Shown here piece after piece: positions 44,852 to 54,162 of a stretch of DNA of 64,000 nt (its first letter is position 1; the number at the start of each line of letters is the position of its first letter). The notes beneath the pieces were generated by a model. It was not told the DNA's origin and did no database searches. It saw only the letters and a list, made by a program, of their open reading frames with translations. The translations under genes were made by a program, and so were the position numbers. The stretch is from Alphaproteobacteria bacterium (GTDB lineage: Bacteria > Pseudomonadota > Alphaproteobacteria > UBA8366). The stretch is from positions 304,192-368,191 of the forward strand of contig CBDDIB010000002.1 in NCBI GenBank assembly GCA_965228695.1. The letters run 5' to 3'.

Positions 44852-47338
44852 ATGAACGCCGCGGGCGGTTCGAGGGGGCACCGGACAGCAATCGGATCGA
44901 TCATCCCGCTGTTCATGCTCGCACTGCTGCTCGCGCTGCCGATCTCCGATACGGTAGCGCAGGACACCCAGCCCACGCGGCCCTTCGCCCGCATCCTCGT
45001 CGACTGGAACCGCAACCTCGAGCGCGTCGAGCAGTATCTCAAGCAACCGTCCTATTCCGAAGAAAAGACCAAGCAGCTTCGCGCGCTGCTCGTGCGGTTA
45101 CGGCAGGAGGCCACGGCGGTCGAGAGGCGGGCCCAGGAAAACCTCACCGCCGCGGAACAACTGTTGGCGACACTGGGCGCGGAGCCCAGCGACACCGAGC
45201 CTACGGAACCCGAATCGGTAAAATTGAAACGGGCGCAATACAACCGGGACATCGCCGACTACAAAGCCCGGGTGCAACAGGCGCAGCTTGCCCGGGCGCG
45301 GGCGGACCAGCTCGACGACCGGCTGTCGAAGGCGACGACCACGCTCTTGGTGGACGATCTGCTGACACGCATGCCCTTGCCGTATATGCCCGCCACCGTC
45401 GAAGCCGCAATCGACGACTACTGGCGGCTTGCCGCCGAGCTGGTGAACGCCCCGAAGGTTTGGTGGCGATCGTTGCCGCCGGAAAACCGGGAAATCGGCC
45501 ACCTCCTGATCGGTCTTGCGTTGATCGCAGTCGCCTTGGGCGCGGGCATCCTGCTTCGGAATTGGATCCTGCGCCGGTTCGGCCGAGATCCGGCCAATGA
45601 CGACCCAAGCTATTCGCGCCGCTTTCTCACCGCTTTTGCCGAGTGCATCGCCCGCGGCATCGTCCCCGCACTGTTTTTCGCCGCCGTCCTGCTCCGCATC
45701 CAAAGCGACGATGCGCGGATAACCGGATACCTGCTCGATACAGTGTCCGCCTTCTGCGGCGCCATGATCTTCCTGTTTCTGGCGGTCGCCCTCGTACAAG
45801 CGGTGCTGGCCCCGGACATGCCGGCCTGGCAGCTCACATCGTTGAAGCGGCGGAATGCGGTCATCATCGGACGCCGCGTCATCCTGATCGTCGGCATCAT
45901 CGCGGCCGATTTCTTCATCCGCGAGAGCGCCCGGCCGCTCGGCCTGTCCCAGGCATTCTGGTCGGTTCAGGGCGCGCTGTTCGGCTCGATAGAGAATCTC
46001 CTTATTCTGCTGTTGTTGCTGCGCAGCTTGTGGGAACCGGTCCAAGAAGATGCCGCGTCCGGCGACACGGCCGCGTCCGGCGACACCGGAGAGGCGGCGC
46101 CAAAGATCAGCCGATTCTGGGCCGGCTTGCGCGTTGTCATCGGTGTGATCGCGTTTGTCGGGATCGTCGCCTTTCTGGCCGGATATCCACGCCTTGGCGA
46201 CCATGTCAACGAAGCCCTGATCACCAGTGCCGCCATCGCCGCCATCCTCTTCCTGCTCCGCGGCCTGTTTCGCGAACTGATCGGGATGGGTCTGCGATCC
46301 GTGGTGGCCAAGCGGCACCTGGGGCTACCGCATAGCACGCGCAGCACCATAAAGTTTTGGGCACGTGCGTTATTGGACGCGGCGCTCATCATCGGCGGCG
46401 GTGTCATGATGCTGGTCGTGTGGGGCGTGCCGGCGGCCGATCTGTCGCGGCTGAGCGGCAGGGCACTAACCGGTTTCGAGGTCGGCAGCGTCACGATTTC
46501 CATCACCGATATCGTCACGTCGCTCGTGGTCTTCGCGCTCGTCCTGGGCATCACCCGGGTGCTGCAGCGGGCCCTGGCCGACAGGATCTTGCCGGAAACC
46601 CATTTAGCGGTCGGAGTACAACACTCGCTCGCCGCCGGATTCGGCTATGTCGGCATCATCCTGGCGATCACGCTGACTCTGTCGACGCTGGGAATCGATC
46701 TGTCGAACATCGCCTTGATCGCGGGCGCTTTGTCCGTCGGCATCGGTTTCGGCCTGCAGAATGTGGTGAACAATTTCGTCTCGGGACTGATCCTGCTGAT
46801 CGAGCGGCCGATCCAGGTCGGCGATTGGGTCGTCGTCGGATCGAACGAGGGCCGCGTCAAACGCATCAGCGTCCGGGCGACGGAGATCGAAACCTTCCAA
46901 CGCGCCTCGGTCATCGTGCCGAATGCGGAACTGCTGTCGAACTCGGTCACCAACTGGACCCACAAAAACAGTATGGGCCGGGTCGACATTGCGGTCGGTG
47001 TCGCCTACGGCTCGGACACGGAGAAGGTCCGAGACATTCTGCTGGATTGCGCGAAAGAGTGTGACGACGTGCTTGGATTTCCCGAGCCCTTCGTCCTGTT
47101 CATGGACTTCGGCAACAGCAGCCTGGATTTCGAATTGCGCTGCTTCGTCGAGGAGGTCATCCGACGACGGCGGATCGCAACGGAGATCCGCTTCATGATC
47201 GACCGCCGGTTCCGCGAGGAAGGCGTGGAGATTCCATTTCCACAGCATGTCGTGCATATGGCGCCGCCCGCGAATACCGACCGGCGGCGCGAAACCGACC
47301 GAGAACTCGGCCCGAAACCCGACCCGGAATCGACCTAA
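44852..47338 (+). CDS. large mechanosensitive ion channel (MscS family with N-terminal coiled-coil/DUF3772-like region)
   Basis: ATG 44852 gives a signal peptide. A long periplasmic coiled coil is followed by about 10 TM, then the MscS core LLIERPIQVGDWVVVGSNEGRVKRISVRATEIETFQRASVIVPNAELL. Confidence 0.85.
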   Translation: MNAAGGSRGHRTAIGSIIPLFMLALLLALPISDTVAQDTQPTRPFARILVDWNRNLERVEQYLKQPSYSEEKTKQLRALLVRLRQEATAVERRAQENLTAAEQLLATLGAEPSDTEPTEPESVKLKRAQYNRDIADYKARVQQAQLARARADQLDDRLSKATTTLLVDDLLTRMPLPYMPATVEAAIDDYWRLAAELVNAPKVWWRSLPPENREIGHLLIGLALIAVALGAGILLRNWILRRFGRDPANDDPSYSRRFLTAFAECIARGIVPALFFAAVLLRIQSDDARITGYLLDTVSAFCGAMIFLFLAVALVQAVLAPDMPAWQLTSLKRRNAVIIGRRVILIVGIIAADFFIRESARPLGLSQAFWSVQGALFGSIENLLILLLLLRSLWEPVQEDAASGDTAASGDTGEAAPKISRFWAGLRVVIGVIAFVGIVAFLAGYPRLGDHVNEALITSAAIAAILFLLRGLFRELIGMGLRSVVAKRHLGLPHSTRSTIKFWARALLDAALIIGGGVMMLVVWGVPAADLSRLSGRALTGFEVGSVTISITDIVTSLVVFALVLGITRVLQRALADRILPETHLAVGVQHSLAAGFGYVGIILAITLTLSTLGIDLSNIALIAGALSVGIGFGLQNVVNNFVSGLILLIERPIQVGDWVVVGSNEGRVKRISVRATEIETFQRASVIVPNAELLSNSVTNWTHKNSMGRVDIAVGVAYGSDTEKVRDILLDCAKECDDVLGFPEPFVLFMDFGNSSLDFELRCFVEEVIRRRRIATEIRFMIDRRFREEGVEIPFPQHVVHMAPPANTDRRRETDRELGPKPDPEST
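46052..46087 (+). repeat. 18-bp in-frame tandem duplication inside the MscS gene
   Basis: GCCGCGTCCGGCGACACG (46052..46069) is followed by GCCGCGTCCGGCGACACC (46070..46087), encoding AASGDT AASGDT in a loop. Confidence 0.8.
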
Positions 47339-47342
47339 AAGT

Positions 47343-49607
47343 CTACGCGCATTTGGAATATCCGCAGGATAGGCAGGCGTCACAGCCTTCCTGACGGATC
47401 AAGCTCGCGGCCCCGCATTTCGGACATTGGCGGTGCGCGGTATCGCCCACGGCCTTCTGCAATCCGAGCGGACCGTCGCCATCCTCTGACCCTACCGGCA
47501 TATTGATGAAGCCGATGTCGATCATATGCCGTTCGATCACCCCGCCGATCGCGGCCAGAAGCGACGGTACATATTTGCCTTCCATCCATTGACCGCCGCG
47601 CGGATCGAACACCGCCTTCAGCTCCTCGACCACGAATGAAACGTCGCCGCCGCGGCGGAATACTGCGCTGATCATCCGCGTCAGCGCCACCGTCCAGGCG
47701 TAGTGCTCCATGTTCTTGGAATTGATGAAGACCTCGAATGGACGCCGACGGTCACCGTCGGCGATGTCGTTGACAGTGATATAGATGGCATGGTCGCTGT
47801 CGGGCCACACCAGCTTATAGGTGCTGCCCCCCAGTGATTCCGGGCGTTCCAACGGTTGCGCCATGTAGACGACGCCGTCGTCGCCCTCATCCTTCGCCGC
47901 CTGGACCACACCGGTATCGACGGACAGGACCGACCCGGTCACGGCGTTGGGCCGATAGGTCGTGCAGCCCTTGCATCCGAGCGCGTAGGCCCGCTGATAC
48001 ACGTCCTTGAAGGCGTCGAAGGAAATCGCCGCGGGCAGATTGATCGTCTTCGAGATCGAGCTGTCCACATAGTCCTGCACCGCCGCCTGCATGGCGAGAT
48101 GGTCCTCCGGCGCGAGCGTCTGTGCGTCGACGAAGGTTTCGGGCAATGCCGCGTCCGCGCCATGAATTTCGCGATACCGCGCCCACGCATAGTCGGCCAC
48201 GCCGCGTTGCTCGCGCCGGCCATCGGGGAGCAGGACGCTGCGGCTGTATTCGTAGCGAAACACCGGCTCGATCCCCGACGATACATTACCGGCCAGCAGC
48301 GAGATCGTGCCGGTCGGCGCGATCGAGGTGACCAGCGCGTTACGGATACCGTGTTCGGCGATTCCGGTCCGCAGCGCCGGCTCGAGGGCGGCAATCGATT
48401 CGCCGGCGAGATACGCATCCCGGTCGAATAACGGGAAGGCGCCCTTCTCCGCGGCCAGGTCTATCGACGCGCGGTACGCCGCCCGCTGGATTGCCGCCAT
48501 CCAACGGCGCGTCGCCGCCACCGCCTCAGCGCTGCCATAGCGCAGGCCGCACATGATCAACGCATCGGCCAGCCCCGTGACCCCGAGGCCGATACGGCGC
48601 TTGGCGATGGCTTCCTGACGCTGTGCCTCCAGCGGGAAGGAGGAGACCTCGACCACATTGTCGAGCATGCGCACCGCTGTCGGCACCAGCCGTTCGACGG
48701 CCCCGAGATCGAATCGCGCCTCGGCGGAAAACGGGTTGCGCACGAAGCGCGTGAGGTTGAGCGACCCCAGATCGCACGCGCCATAGGGCGGCAACGGCTG
48801 CTCCCCGCAGGGATTGGTCGCCTGGATCGTCTCGCAATACTGCAAGTTGTTCCGCCGGTTGATCCGGTCGATGAAGATCACGCCGGGCTCGGCGTAGTCA
48901 TAGGTCGCGCGCATGATGCGATCCCAAAGATCGCGCGCGCCGACCGTCTTGTAGACTTGGCCGCCGAAAACGAGATCCCACGGCGCGCCCGCATCGACGG
49001 CTTCCATGAAGGCATCGGTCACCAGCACCGATAGGTTGAACATGCGCAGCCGGTCCGGCTGGCGTTTGGCGGAAATGAAGTCCTCGATATCCGGATGATC
49101 GCACCGCAATGTCGCCATCATCGCGCCGCGCCGCGAACCCGCGCTCATGATGGTGCGGCACATGGAATCCCAGACGTCCATGAAACTGAGGGGGCCGGAT
49201 GCATCGGCGCCGACGCCGCGAACCGGGGCACCGGCCGGGCGCAACGTCGAGAAGTCATACCCGATGCCGCCGCCCTGCTGCATGGTGAGCGCGGCTTCCC
49301 GCAAATGTTCGAATATGCCGCCCATGTCGTCGGGGATAACGCCCATGACGAAGCAATTGAACAGCGTGACCGACCGGTCCGTACCCGCGCCCGCGAGAAT
49401 CCGGCCGGCGGGCAGGAACCGAAACCCGTCCATCGCCGCGCGAAATTCGCGCGCCCAACGTTCCGGGTCGGCCTCGGGCGCCGCGAGCGCATGTGCGACA
49501 CGGTCCCAACTATCCTCGATGGATTGCTCGGCGTGCTCCCCGCCGGGCGCCCGGAAGCGGTATTTCATGTCCCAAATTTCATGGGAAATGCCGGTCAAAC
49601 GTTCCAT
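47343..49607 (-). CDS. nrdJ: adenosylcobalamin-dependent (class II) ribonucleoside-diphosphate reductase
   Basis: About 754 aa. ...HEIWDMKYRF..., ...ATNPCGEQPLPPYGACDLGS (active-site Cys/Glu region), ...C-terminal CPKCGAASLIRQEGCDACLSCGYSKC. ATG at 49607 is preferred over GTG at 49613. Confidence 0.9.
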   Translation of the reverse strand: MERLTGISHEIWDMKYRFRAPGGEHAEQSIEDSWDRVAHALAAPEADPERWAREFRAAMDGFRFLPAGRILAGAGTDRSVTLFNCFVMGVIPDDMGGIFEHLREAALTMQQGGGIGYDFSTLRPAGAPVRGVGADASGPLSFMDVWDSMCRTIMSAGSRRGAMMATLRCDHPDIEDFISAKRQPDRLRMFNLSVLVTDAFMEAVDAGAPWDLVFGGQVYKTVGARDLWDRIMRATYDYAEPGVIFIDRINRRNNLQYCETIQATNPCGEQPLPPYGACDLGSLNLTRFVRNPFSAEARFDLGAVERLVPTAVRMLDNVVEVSSFPLEAQRQEAIAKRRIGLGVTGLADALIMCGLRYGSAEAVAATRRWMAAIQRAAYRASIDLAAEKGAFPLFDRDAYLAGESIAALEPALRTGIAEHGIRNALVTSIAPTGTISLLAGNVSSGIEPVFRYEYSRSVLLPDGRREQRGVADYAWARYREIHGADAALPETFVDAQTLAPEDHLAMQAAVQDYVDSSISKTINLPAAISFDAFKDVYQRAYALGCKGCTTYRPNAVTGSVLSVDTGVVQAAKDEGDDGVVYMAQPLERPESLGGSTYKLVWPDSDHAIYITVNDIADGDRRRPFEVFINSKNMEHYAWTVALTRMISAVFRRGGDVSFVVEELKAVFDPRGGQWMEGKYVPSLLAAIGGVIERHMIDIGFINMPVGSEDGDGPLGLQKAVGDTAHRQCPKCGAASLIRQEGCDACLSCGYSKCA

Positions 49608-49633
49608 GACCACCGTTCCTGATTGTTCCTTGA

Positions 49634-49662
49634 AACTTAGTCCTGTACGCGGGCAGCGTCAA
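49634..49662 (-). promoter_or_regulatory. sigma70-like promoter for nrdJ
   Basis: On the minus strand: TTGACG (49662..49657), a 17-nt spacer, then TAAGTT (49639..49634), about 27 nt before the start codon. Confidence 0.35.
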
Positions 49663-49667
49663 GAAAT

Positions 49668-49682
49668 GTTCGATTTTTGTTC
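49668..49682 (-). promoter_or_regulatory. GAAC-N7-GAAC direct repeat (alphaproteobacterial LexA/SOS-box-like) embedded in an 8-bp inverted repeat
   Basis: Minus strand reads GAACAAAAATCGAAC (plus strand GTTCGATTTTTGTTC), 5 nt upstream of the putative -35. It is flanked by and overlaps the perfect inverted repeat GTCAAGAA (49658..49665) / TTCTTGAC (49680..49687). Confidence 0.4.
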
Positions 49683-49723
49683 TTGACCTTCGCCCGTCAA
49701 TTCGGTGCGTTCCAACGGCCGGT

Positions 49724-50494
49724 CTAGGATGTCGGCTTGACCGCCGGATCCGATGCGTTTTCCAATTCGATGCCATACCGCGCTGCGGCCTCGGATTCGA
49801 GCCGTCGGGTCGCGGGTTCGATCCGCTTTTCGAGCTGCGCCGCGAATTCACGCCGGCTCAGGCCCGGCATGATCGGCGGCAGGAATTCCAACACGATGGT
49901 GCCGGGCCGTTTCACGAACCTGCGGCGCGGCCAGAACATGCCGGAATTCAAGGCTACCGGCACCACCGGCACGTTGCATTGCCCGTACAGCGCCGCCACG
50001 CCGGGCAGGTAGGGGCGCTTCGCCCCGGGCACGGTTCGCGTGCCCTGCGGGAAGATGATGATCTTGCGGCCTTGCGCCAGCCATTCCCGGGTTTCCCGGA
50101 CCATCCGCTTCAGCGCACTTGCGCCGCCGGACCGGTCGATCCCGATCATGCCGATGCGCCACAGGAACCAGCCGAAGAAGGGAAACCAGAACAATTCGCG
50201 TTTCAGGACATAGGCGCAGTCTTTAAAGACCACGTTGTAGATTAAGGTGTCCCAGGCAGATTGGTGCTTGGACGCCAAGATGAATGCCCCCTCGGGCAAA
50301 TGCTCCTCGCCGCGTGTCTCGCACCGAATCCCGACGGTCACCCTTACGATCCAGATACAGGTACTGACCCAGATCCAGCACATGAACCAGAACCCGCGCC
50401 GCGGCAAGAGCATGAGCGGCACGTAGACCGGACTGAGCAGCGCCGACCAACCGTAGAACAAAATGGCGAAGACAACCGATCGAACGGTATGCAT
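49724..50494 (-). CDS. plsC: 1-acyl-sn-glycerol-3-phosphate (lysophospholipid) acyltransferase
   Basis: From ATG 50494: N-terminal TM, H(X)4D motif ASKHQSAWDTL, ...IFPQGTR... motif. The upstream part of the 363-aa ORF was trimmed. Confidence 0.8.
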   Translation of the reverse strand: MHTVRSVVFAILFYGWSALLSPVYVPLMLLPRRGFWFMCWIWVSTCIWIVRVTVGIRCETRGEEHLPEGAFILASKHQSAWDTLIYNVVFKDCAYVLKRELFWFPFFGWFLWRIGMIGIDRSGGASALKRMVRETREWLAQGRKIIIFPQGTRTVPGAKRPYLPGVAALYGQCNVPVVPVALNSGMFWPRRRFVKRPGTIVLEFLPPIMPGLSRREFAAQLEKRIEPATRRLESEAAARYGIELENASDPAVKPTS

Positions 50495-51129
50495 CAGGCC
50501 GCAATCCTCTTCATCAAGTCGACCCCCCAATGGCGAACGACGGCAACGAGATACTTGTTGTATTCTCCCGCGATGAGCGCGGCGGTGCCGGGCCAGCGCC
50601 ACCAGGCGTCGAGTTTCACATTCGTGGGGAATACCGGATGGGGCACGATCGTCTCCGTCGGCATCGCGTGGCGGAACTCGGCCAAACTTCGGGGCATATG
50701 ATAACTCGCCGTGACCAGACGCATGGACCGATATCCCTGCTCGCGCATCCAATCGGCGGTTTCGCTCGCGTTCCCGGTGGTGTGATCGGCGCTGTAGCCG
50801 AGCGTGATGCAGCAATCGAGCGCCTGCGGCGACTGCCGAGAGAGTTTGAGGAGTTGCTGCACGTCCACACCCCGGTGAACACCGGAAACGAACAATTTTT
50901 TGGCGAATCCTTGCGCCAACAGCGCCAATCCCTGTTCGAGCCGCAAGGTGCCGCCGGTCAGAACGACGATCGCGTCGGTTTCCTCGGTCGATTGTTTCAA
51001 GGATTTCGGAATTTCAGCCGCGAACACGAACAATCCGCCCACCCAGGCCGCCAAACCGATGCAGAGGAAAGCGAGGACGAAACGGTGGCGCCGCCGCCGG
51101 GCGCGTTGTCGCCGGTGTGCCCTTACCAT
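50494..51129 (-). CDS. YdcF/ElyC (DUF218) family protein
   Basis: N-terminal TM then ...DAIVVLTGGTLRLEQGLALL......LFVSGV... and ...MRLVTASYHMPRS, typical of DUF218. Its stop overlaps the plsC start. Confidence 0.7.
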   Translation of the reverse strand: MVRAHRRQRARRRRHRFVLAFLCIGLAAWVGGLFVFAAEIPKSLKQSTEETDAIVVLTGGTLRLEQGLALLAQGFAKKLFVSGVHRGVDVQQLLKLSRQSPQALDCCITLGYSADHTTGNASETADWMREQGYRSMRLVTASYHMPRSLAEFRHAMPTETIVPHPVFPTNVKLDAWWRWPGTAALIAGEYNKYLVAVVRHWGVDLMKRIAA

Positions 51130-51169
51130 TGTCCGGCCACCTTCTTCGCAAAGATGATCCGCCGACCAC

Positions 51170-52057
51170 TCACGGCATCCGCCGTAATGCGCGAATGACC
51201 GTGTGACGCGCCGTCACCGTCGCGATCAGGCAGGCCAGGATCGGAACGACGCCCAGCGCGATCCATTCCCAAGGCGCCAGGGTCGGTGCGGGGAGCAGCG
51301 CGGCATCCAGATCGGACAGCAACTTGCCGAACCCAAGCAATGTAAACACCGCAAGAAGCCCGCCGAACAGGCTGCCCACGAGCGACACGCGGAACGCCTG
51401 CCGCTGAAACTGTTGCGCGACGTATTGGTCCGTTGCCCCGATGAGGTGCAGCACCTCGATCACATCGCGATGGACGGCAACCCCGCTGCGCGTCGCGAAT
51501 ACCACCGCCGCCATCGCGGAAAACCCGATCAGGACGATCACCACGGTCGCCAACAATTCCAGCGTCCGGACCAGTGATTCGATTTGACCGCGCCAATACT
51601 CATGGCTGTCGACCACGACTCCTTTGATATCCTGGCTCAATTGTTTCGCAAGGGCGGCCAAGTCGACGGCGCCGGCTTGCTCGAGCCGAACGTCGATCAC
51701 GCGGGGCAGCGGAAGATCCTGCGCGTCGAGGTTCGGGCCCAACCAGGGTTCGAGCGCCGCCATCGTCGTTTCCGCCGGCACCACATTGACGATCGCGACC
51801 CCCGGAACATTCCGCAGCATCTTCGCGGCGCTTCGGATACGGTCCTCGATGGCACCGTCTTTCTCCCCGTCGATCGGCGAAACCTGGACGGTGAAGGCGG
51901 CCGTCAATTCATCGTTCCAAGCCGCGGCCGCCGCGGCCAGCACCATCGCCCCGGCCAGAATGACCGCGCCCAGATAAACCATGATGCCGATGATCCACGG
52001 CAGCAGGCGCGACGACGATTCCCGAGAGAGCGGAAGAACGGCTTGCGAGTCGCTCAT
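51170..52057 (-). CDS. ftsX: cell division ABC transporter permease-like protein FtsX
   Basis: 295 aa with 4 TM, a periplasmic domain between TM1 and TM2, and a 4-nt overlap with ftsE. Confidence 0.8.
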   Translation of the reverse strand: MSDSQAVLPLSRESSSRLLPWIIGIMVYLGAVILAGAMVLAAAAAAWNDELTAAFTVQVSPIDGEKDGAIEDRIRSAAKMLRNVPGVAIVNVVPAETTMAALEPWLGPNLDAQDLPLPRVIDVRLEQAGAVDLAALAKQLSQDIKGVVVDSHEYWRGQIESLVRTLELLATVVIVLIGFSAMAAVVFATRSGVAVHRDVIEVLHLIGATDQYVAQQFQRQAFRVSLVGSLFGGLLAVFTLLGFGKLLSDLDAALLPAPTLAPWEWIALGVVPILACLIATVTARHTVIRALRRMP

Positions 52058-52731
52058 TTCTTCTCCGCGTCGCGATTCAAGACCGTCAATTCGCCGTCTT
52101 CCAAATGCATCACGGGGTGCGAGAACCGCGAAATCAGACTTTTGTTATGCGTCGCGATGACGACCGTGGTCCCCATGCGATTGAGTTCTTCGAACAGATA
52201 CAGCAGCCGAACCGCGATCGTATCGTCCACGTTGCCAGTCGGTTCGTCGGCGAGCAAGAGGCTCGGATGCGCAATCACCGCGCGGGCGATCGCGATGCGT
52301 TGTTGCTGTCCACCCGACAGGGTCGGCGGCCGCGCATGGAGATGATCCTTCAGTCCAACCCAGGTCAGCAATTCGGTCACATGTTTGTTCACGACATCTT
52401 CGCGGCTGCCAGAGACGCGCAGCGGCAAGGCGACATTATCGAAGGCCGAAAGATGTTGAATGAGCCTAAAATCTTGAAAGACAACACCAATTCTTCGCCG
52501 CAACTCGGGCAGGTCGCGGCGCGGCACGCGGGTAACATCCCGGCTGAACAAGGTGATGAAGCCGCGGCTCGGCCGGTGCGCCAGATACATGAGTTTGAGC
52601 AGAGACGACTTGCCCGCACCGCTCGGCCCGGTCACAAAATGGAACGACCCAGGCGGGAGCGTAAAGGTAACATCGCTAAGCACTTCCGGGCCGGCGCCAT
52701 AGCGCATGCCTACGTTTTCGAACCGAACCAC
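52054..52731 (-). CDS. ftsE: cell division ATP-binding protein FtsE
   Basis: (V)VRFENVGMRYG..., Walker A GPSGAGKSSLLKL, signature LSGGQQQRIAIARAV, Walker B LLLADEPTGN. GTG start. Confidence 0.9.
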   Translation of the reverse strand: MVRFENVGMRYGAGPEVLSDVTFTLPPGSFHFVTGPSGAGKSSLLKLMYLAHRPSRGFITLFSRDVTRVPRRDLPELRRRIGVVFQDFRLIQHLSAFDNVALPLRVSGSREDVVNKHVTELLTWVGLKDHLHARPPTLSGGQQQRIAIARAVIAHPSLLLADEPTGNVDDTIAVRLLYLFEELNRMGTTVVIATHNKSLISRFSHPVMHLEDGELTVLNRDAEKK

Positions 52732-52946
52732 GTCTTCCGCCGAAACTTATTCGTTGAAAGGTAGCCAATCGGCGGCGGACGAACCAAGCGGCTTCTCGCC
52801 GGCTGCCCCAATCCCGCCCCGGACCGGCAAGATGGCATGCGGAACCACCCGCGTAAAGCACTGCCATCCTTGCAACGCGACTCGCGACCCCTTAGACTCG
52901 CCACCAACGGAGGGGTGAACACTATTAGGTCAGATTTTCCAGCGAC

Positions 52947-54137
52947 ATGATTATCTCTTGCCCGACTTGCGGCGCGAGCTTCAACGTGAAGCCAGAGGCG
53001 CTTGGGTCCGACGGGCGAACGGTAAAATGCAGCAAATGCGCGCACCAGTGGCACGCAATGCCCGACGCAGAGCCGGACGCCGACGCGCTGGAAAGTGCGC
53101 CTGCGCCGGATGACGCCGCACCGGAGCCGACACCCGACGAACCCGCCGCCGCCGAAGCAGCCATCGAGGAACCGGTCGCCGACGCTCCCGCCAATCCCGT
53201 AACGGACGGGCCGCAAGAGGGCGAGCCAAAGCCGGACGAGTCGGCCGACGACGACGCGACCCGCGACGAAGCCGCTGCGGACGATGGAGCCGCGGATGAC
53301 GGGGCAGCCGGCGAGGCGCCAGCGGCCGAAGAAGCGGCGCCCGCGGAAGCCGACACAACGGAGCCGCCGGAAATCGCGGCCGATCGCGACGATTCGGTCG
53401 AGAAGGTTCTTTCCAACACAGCGATGGATAGTATCTTCGGCTCCGACGACGAGCCGGACGCTGGCGATCACGCTGCGGAGAACACCGCGACCGCGGAACC
53501 CGACGCGATTCCAACGGCCTGGACCGCCGACGATGCCGATCAGGACGCGGCGGATGACGCGCGCGCGGACGGGTTCCCGCCCCCGCCGGGCGCGGCCGGC
53601 GAGTCCGTCCCCGACGAAGCGGTGGCCGCCGCGGAGGGCGGCAAGCGGCGCAGCGGGTTGATGCGGCTGATTTCGTTGTTAGCGCTCATTTTGCTTATTA
53701 CGGCCGTCGTCAGCGTCGGCTATTTCATGCAGTCGAAGGTCGTGATGTGGTTCCCGGCAACCAGCAAGATCTACGCGATGGTCGGGTTGAAGCCGGATGT
53801 CTTGGGACAAGGCCTCCATATCGCCGACCCGAAACCGACAAAGGAAATTGACGGCAACGACGAGGTGCTGGTCGTCAGCGGCGCCATCAAGAACACCTCC
53901 GGCAACCGTCAGAAGGTGCCGCTCCTGCGCGGCGCGTTGCTGGACAAGAACGGCAAGGAACTGCACATCTGGACCTTCACGGCGCAGCAGGAATCGGTGG
54001 AGCCGGGAGAACAGGCGACCTACCAGACGCAATTCAAGAACCCGCCGGCGGCGGCCGAGAAACTCGACATCACCTTCACGCGGTCGGGCGACGCGCAGAC
54101 CGCCGGACGCGACGCCGCGATGCCGGACAAGAAGTGA
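52947..54137 (+). CDS. MJ0042-type zinc-ribbon protein with acidic linker, TM and DUF3426-like C-terminal domain
   Basis: MIISCPTCGASFNVKPEALGSDGRTVKCSKCAHQWHA (zinc ribbon), a ~190-aa D/E/A/P-rich low-complexity region, one TM (LISLLALILLITAVVSVGYF), then a beta-rich C-terminal domain. Confidence 0.7.
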   Translation: MIISCPTCGASFNVKPEALGSDGRTVKCSKCAHQWHAMPDAEPDADALESAPAPDDAAPEPTPDEPAAAEAAIEEPVADAPANPVTDGPQEGEPKPDESADDDATRDEAAADDGAADDGAAGEAPAAEEAAPAEADTTEPPEIAADRDDSVEKVLSNTAMDSIFGSDDEPDAGDHAAENTATAEPDAIPTAWTADDADQDAADDARADGFPPPPGAAGESVPDEAVAAAEGGKRRSGLMRLISLLALILLITAVVSVGYFMQSKVVMWFPATSKIYAMVGLKPDVLGQGLHIADPKPTKEIDGNDEVLVVSGAIKNTSGNRQKVPLLRGALLDKNGKELHIWTFTAQQESVEPGEQATYQTQFKNPPAAAEKLDITFTRSGDAQTAGRDAAMPDKK

Positions 54138-54162
54138 CCGGCATCCGTCACCGGCACCGCGC

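Noticed and set aside
49614-49723. Cobalamin riboswitch or NrdR boxes upstream of nrdJ, and a riboswitch upstream of the BtuF-like gene at 34905..34974.
   Set aside because: The gaps are only ~110 and ~70 nt, too short for a B12 element. I saw no B12-box-like or NrdR palindrome (ACACWATATATWGTGT-type) sequence.
53050-53650. Repetitive-looking GC-rich DNA (also 33966..34310) that could be mistaken for a repeat array.
   Set aside because: It is in-frame acidic or P/A/K-rich low-complexity coding sequence inside the zinc-ribbon/DUF3426 and GldG-like genes. There are no regular repeat-spacer units, so it is not CRISPR.
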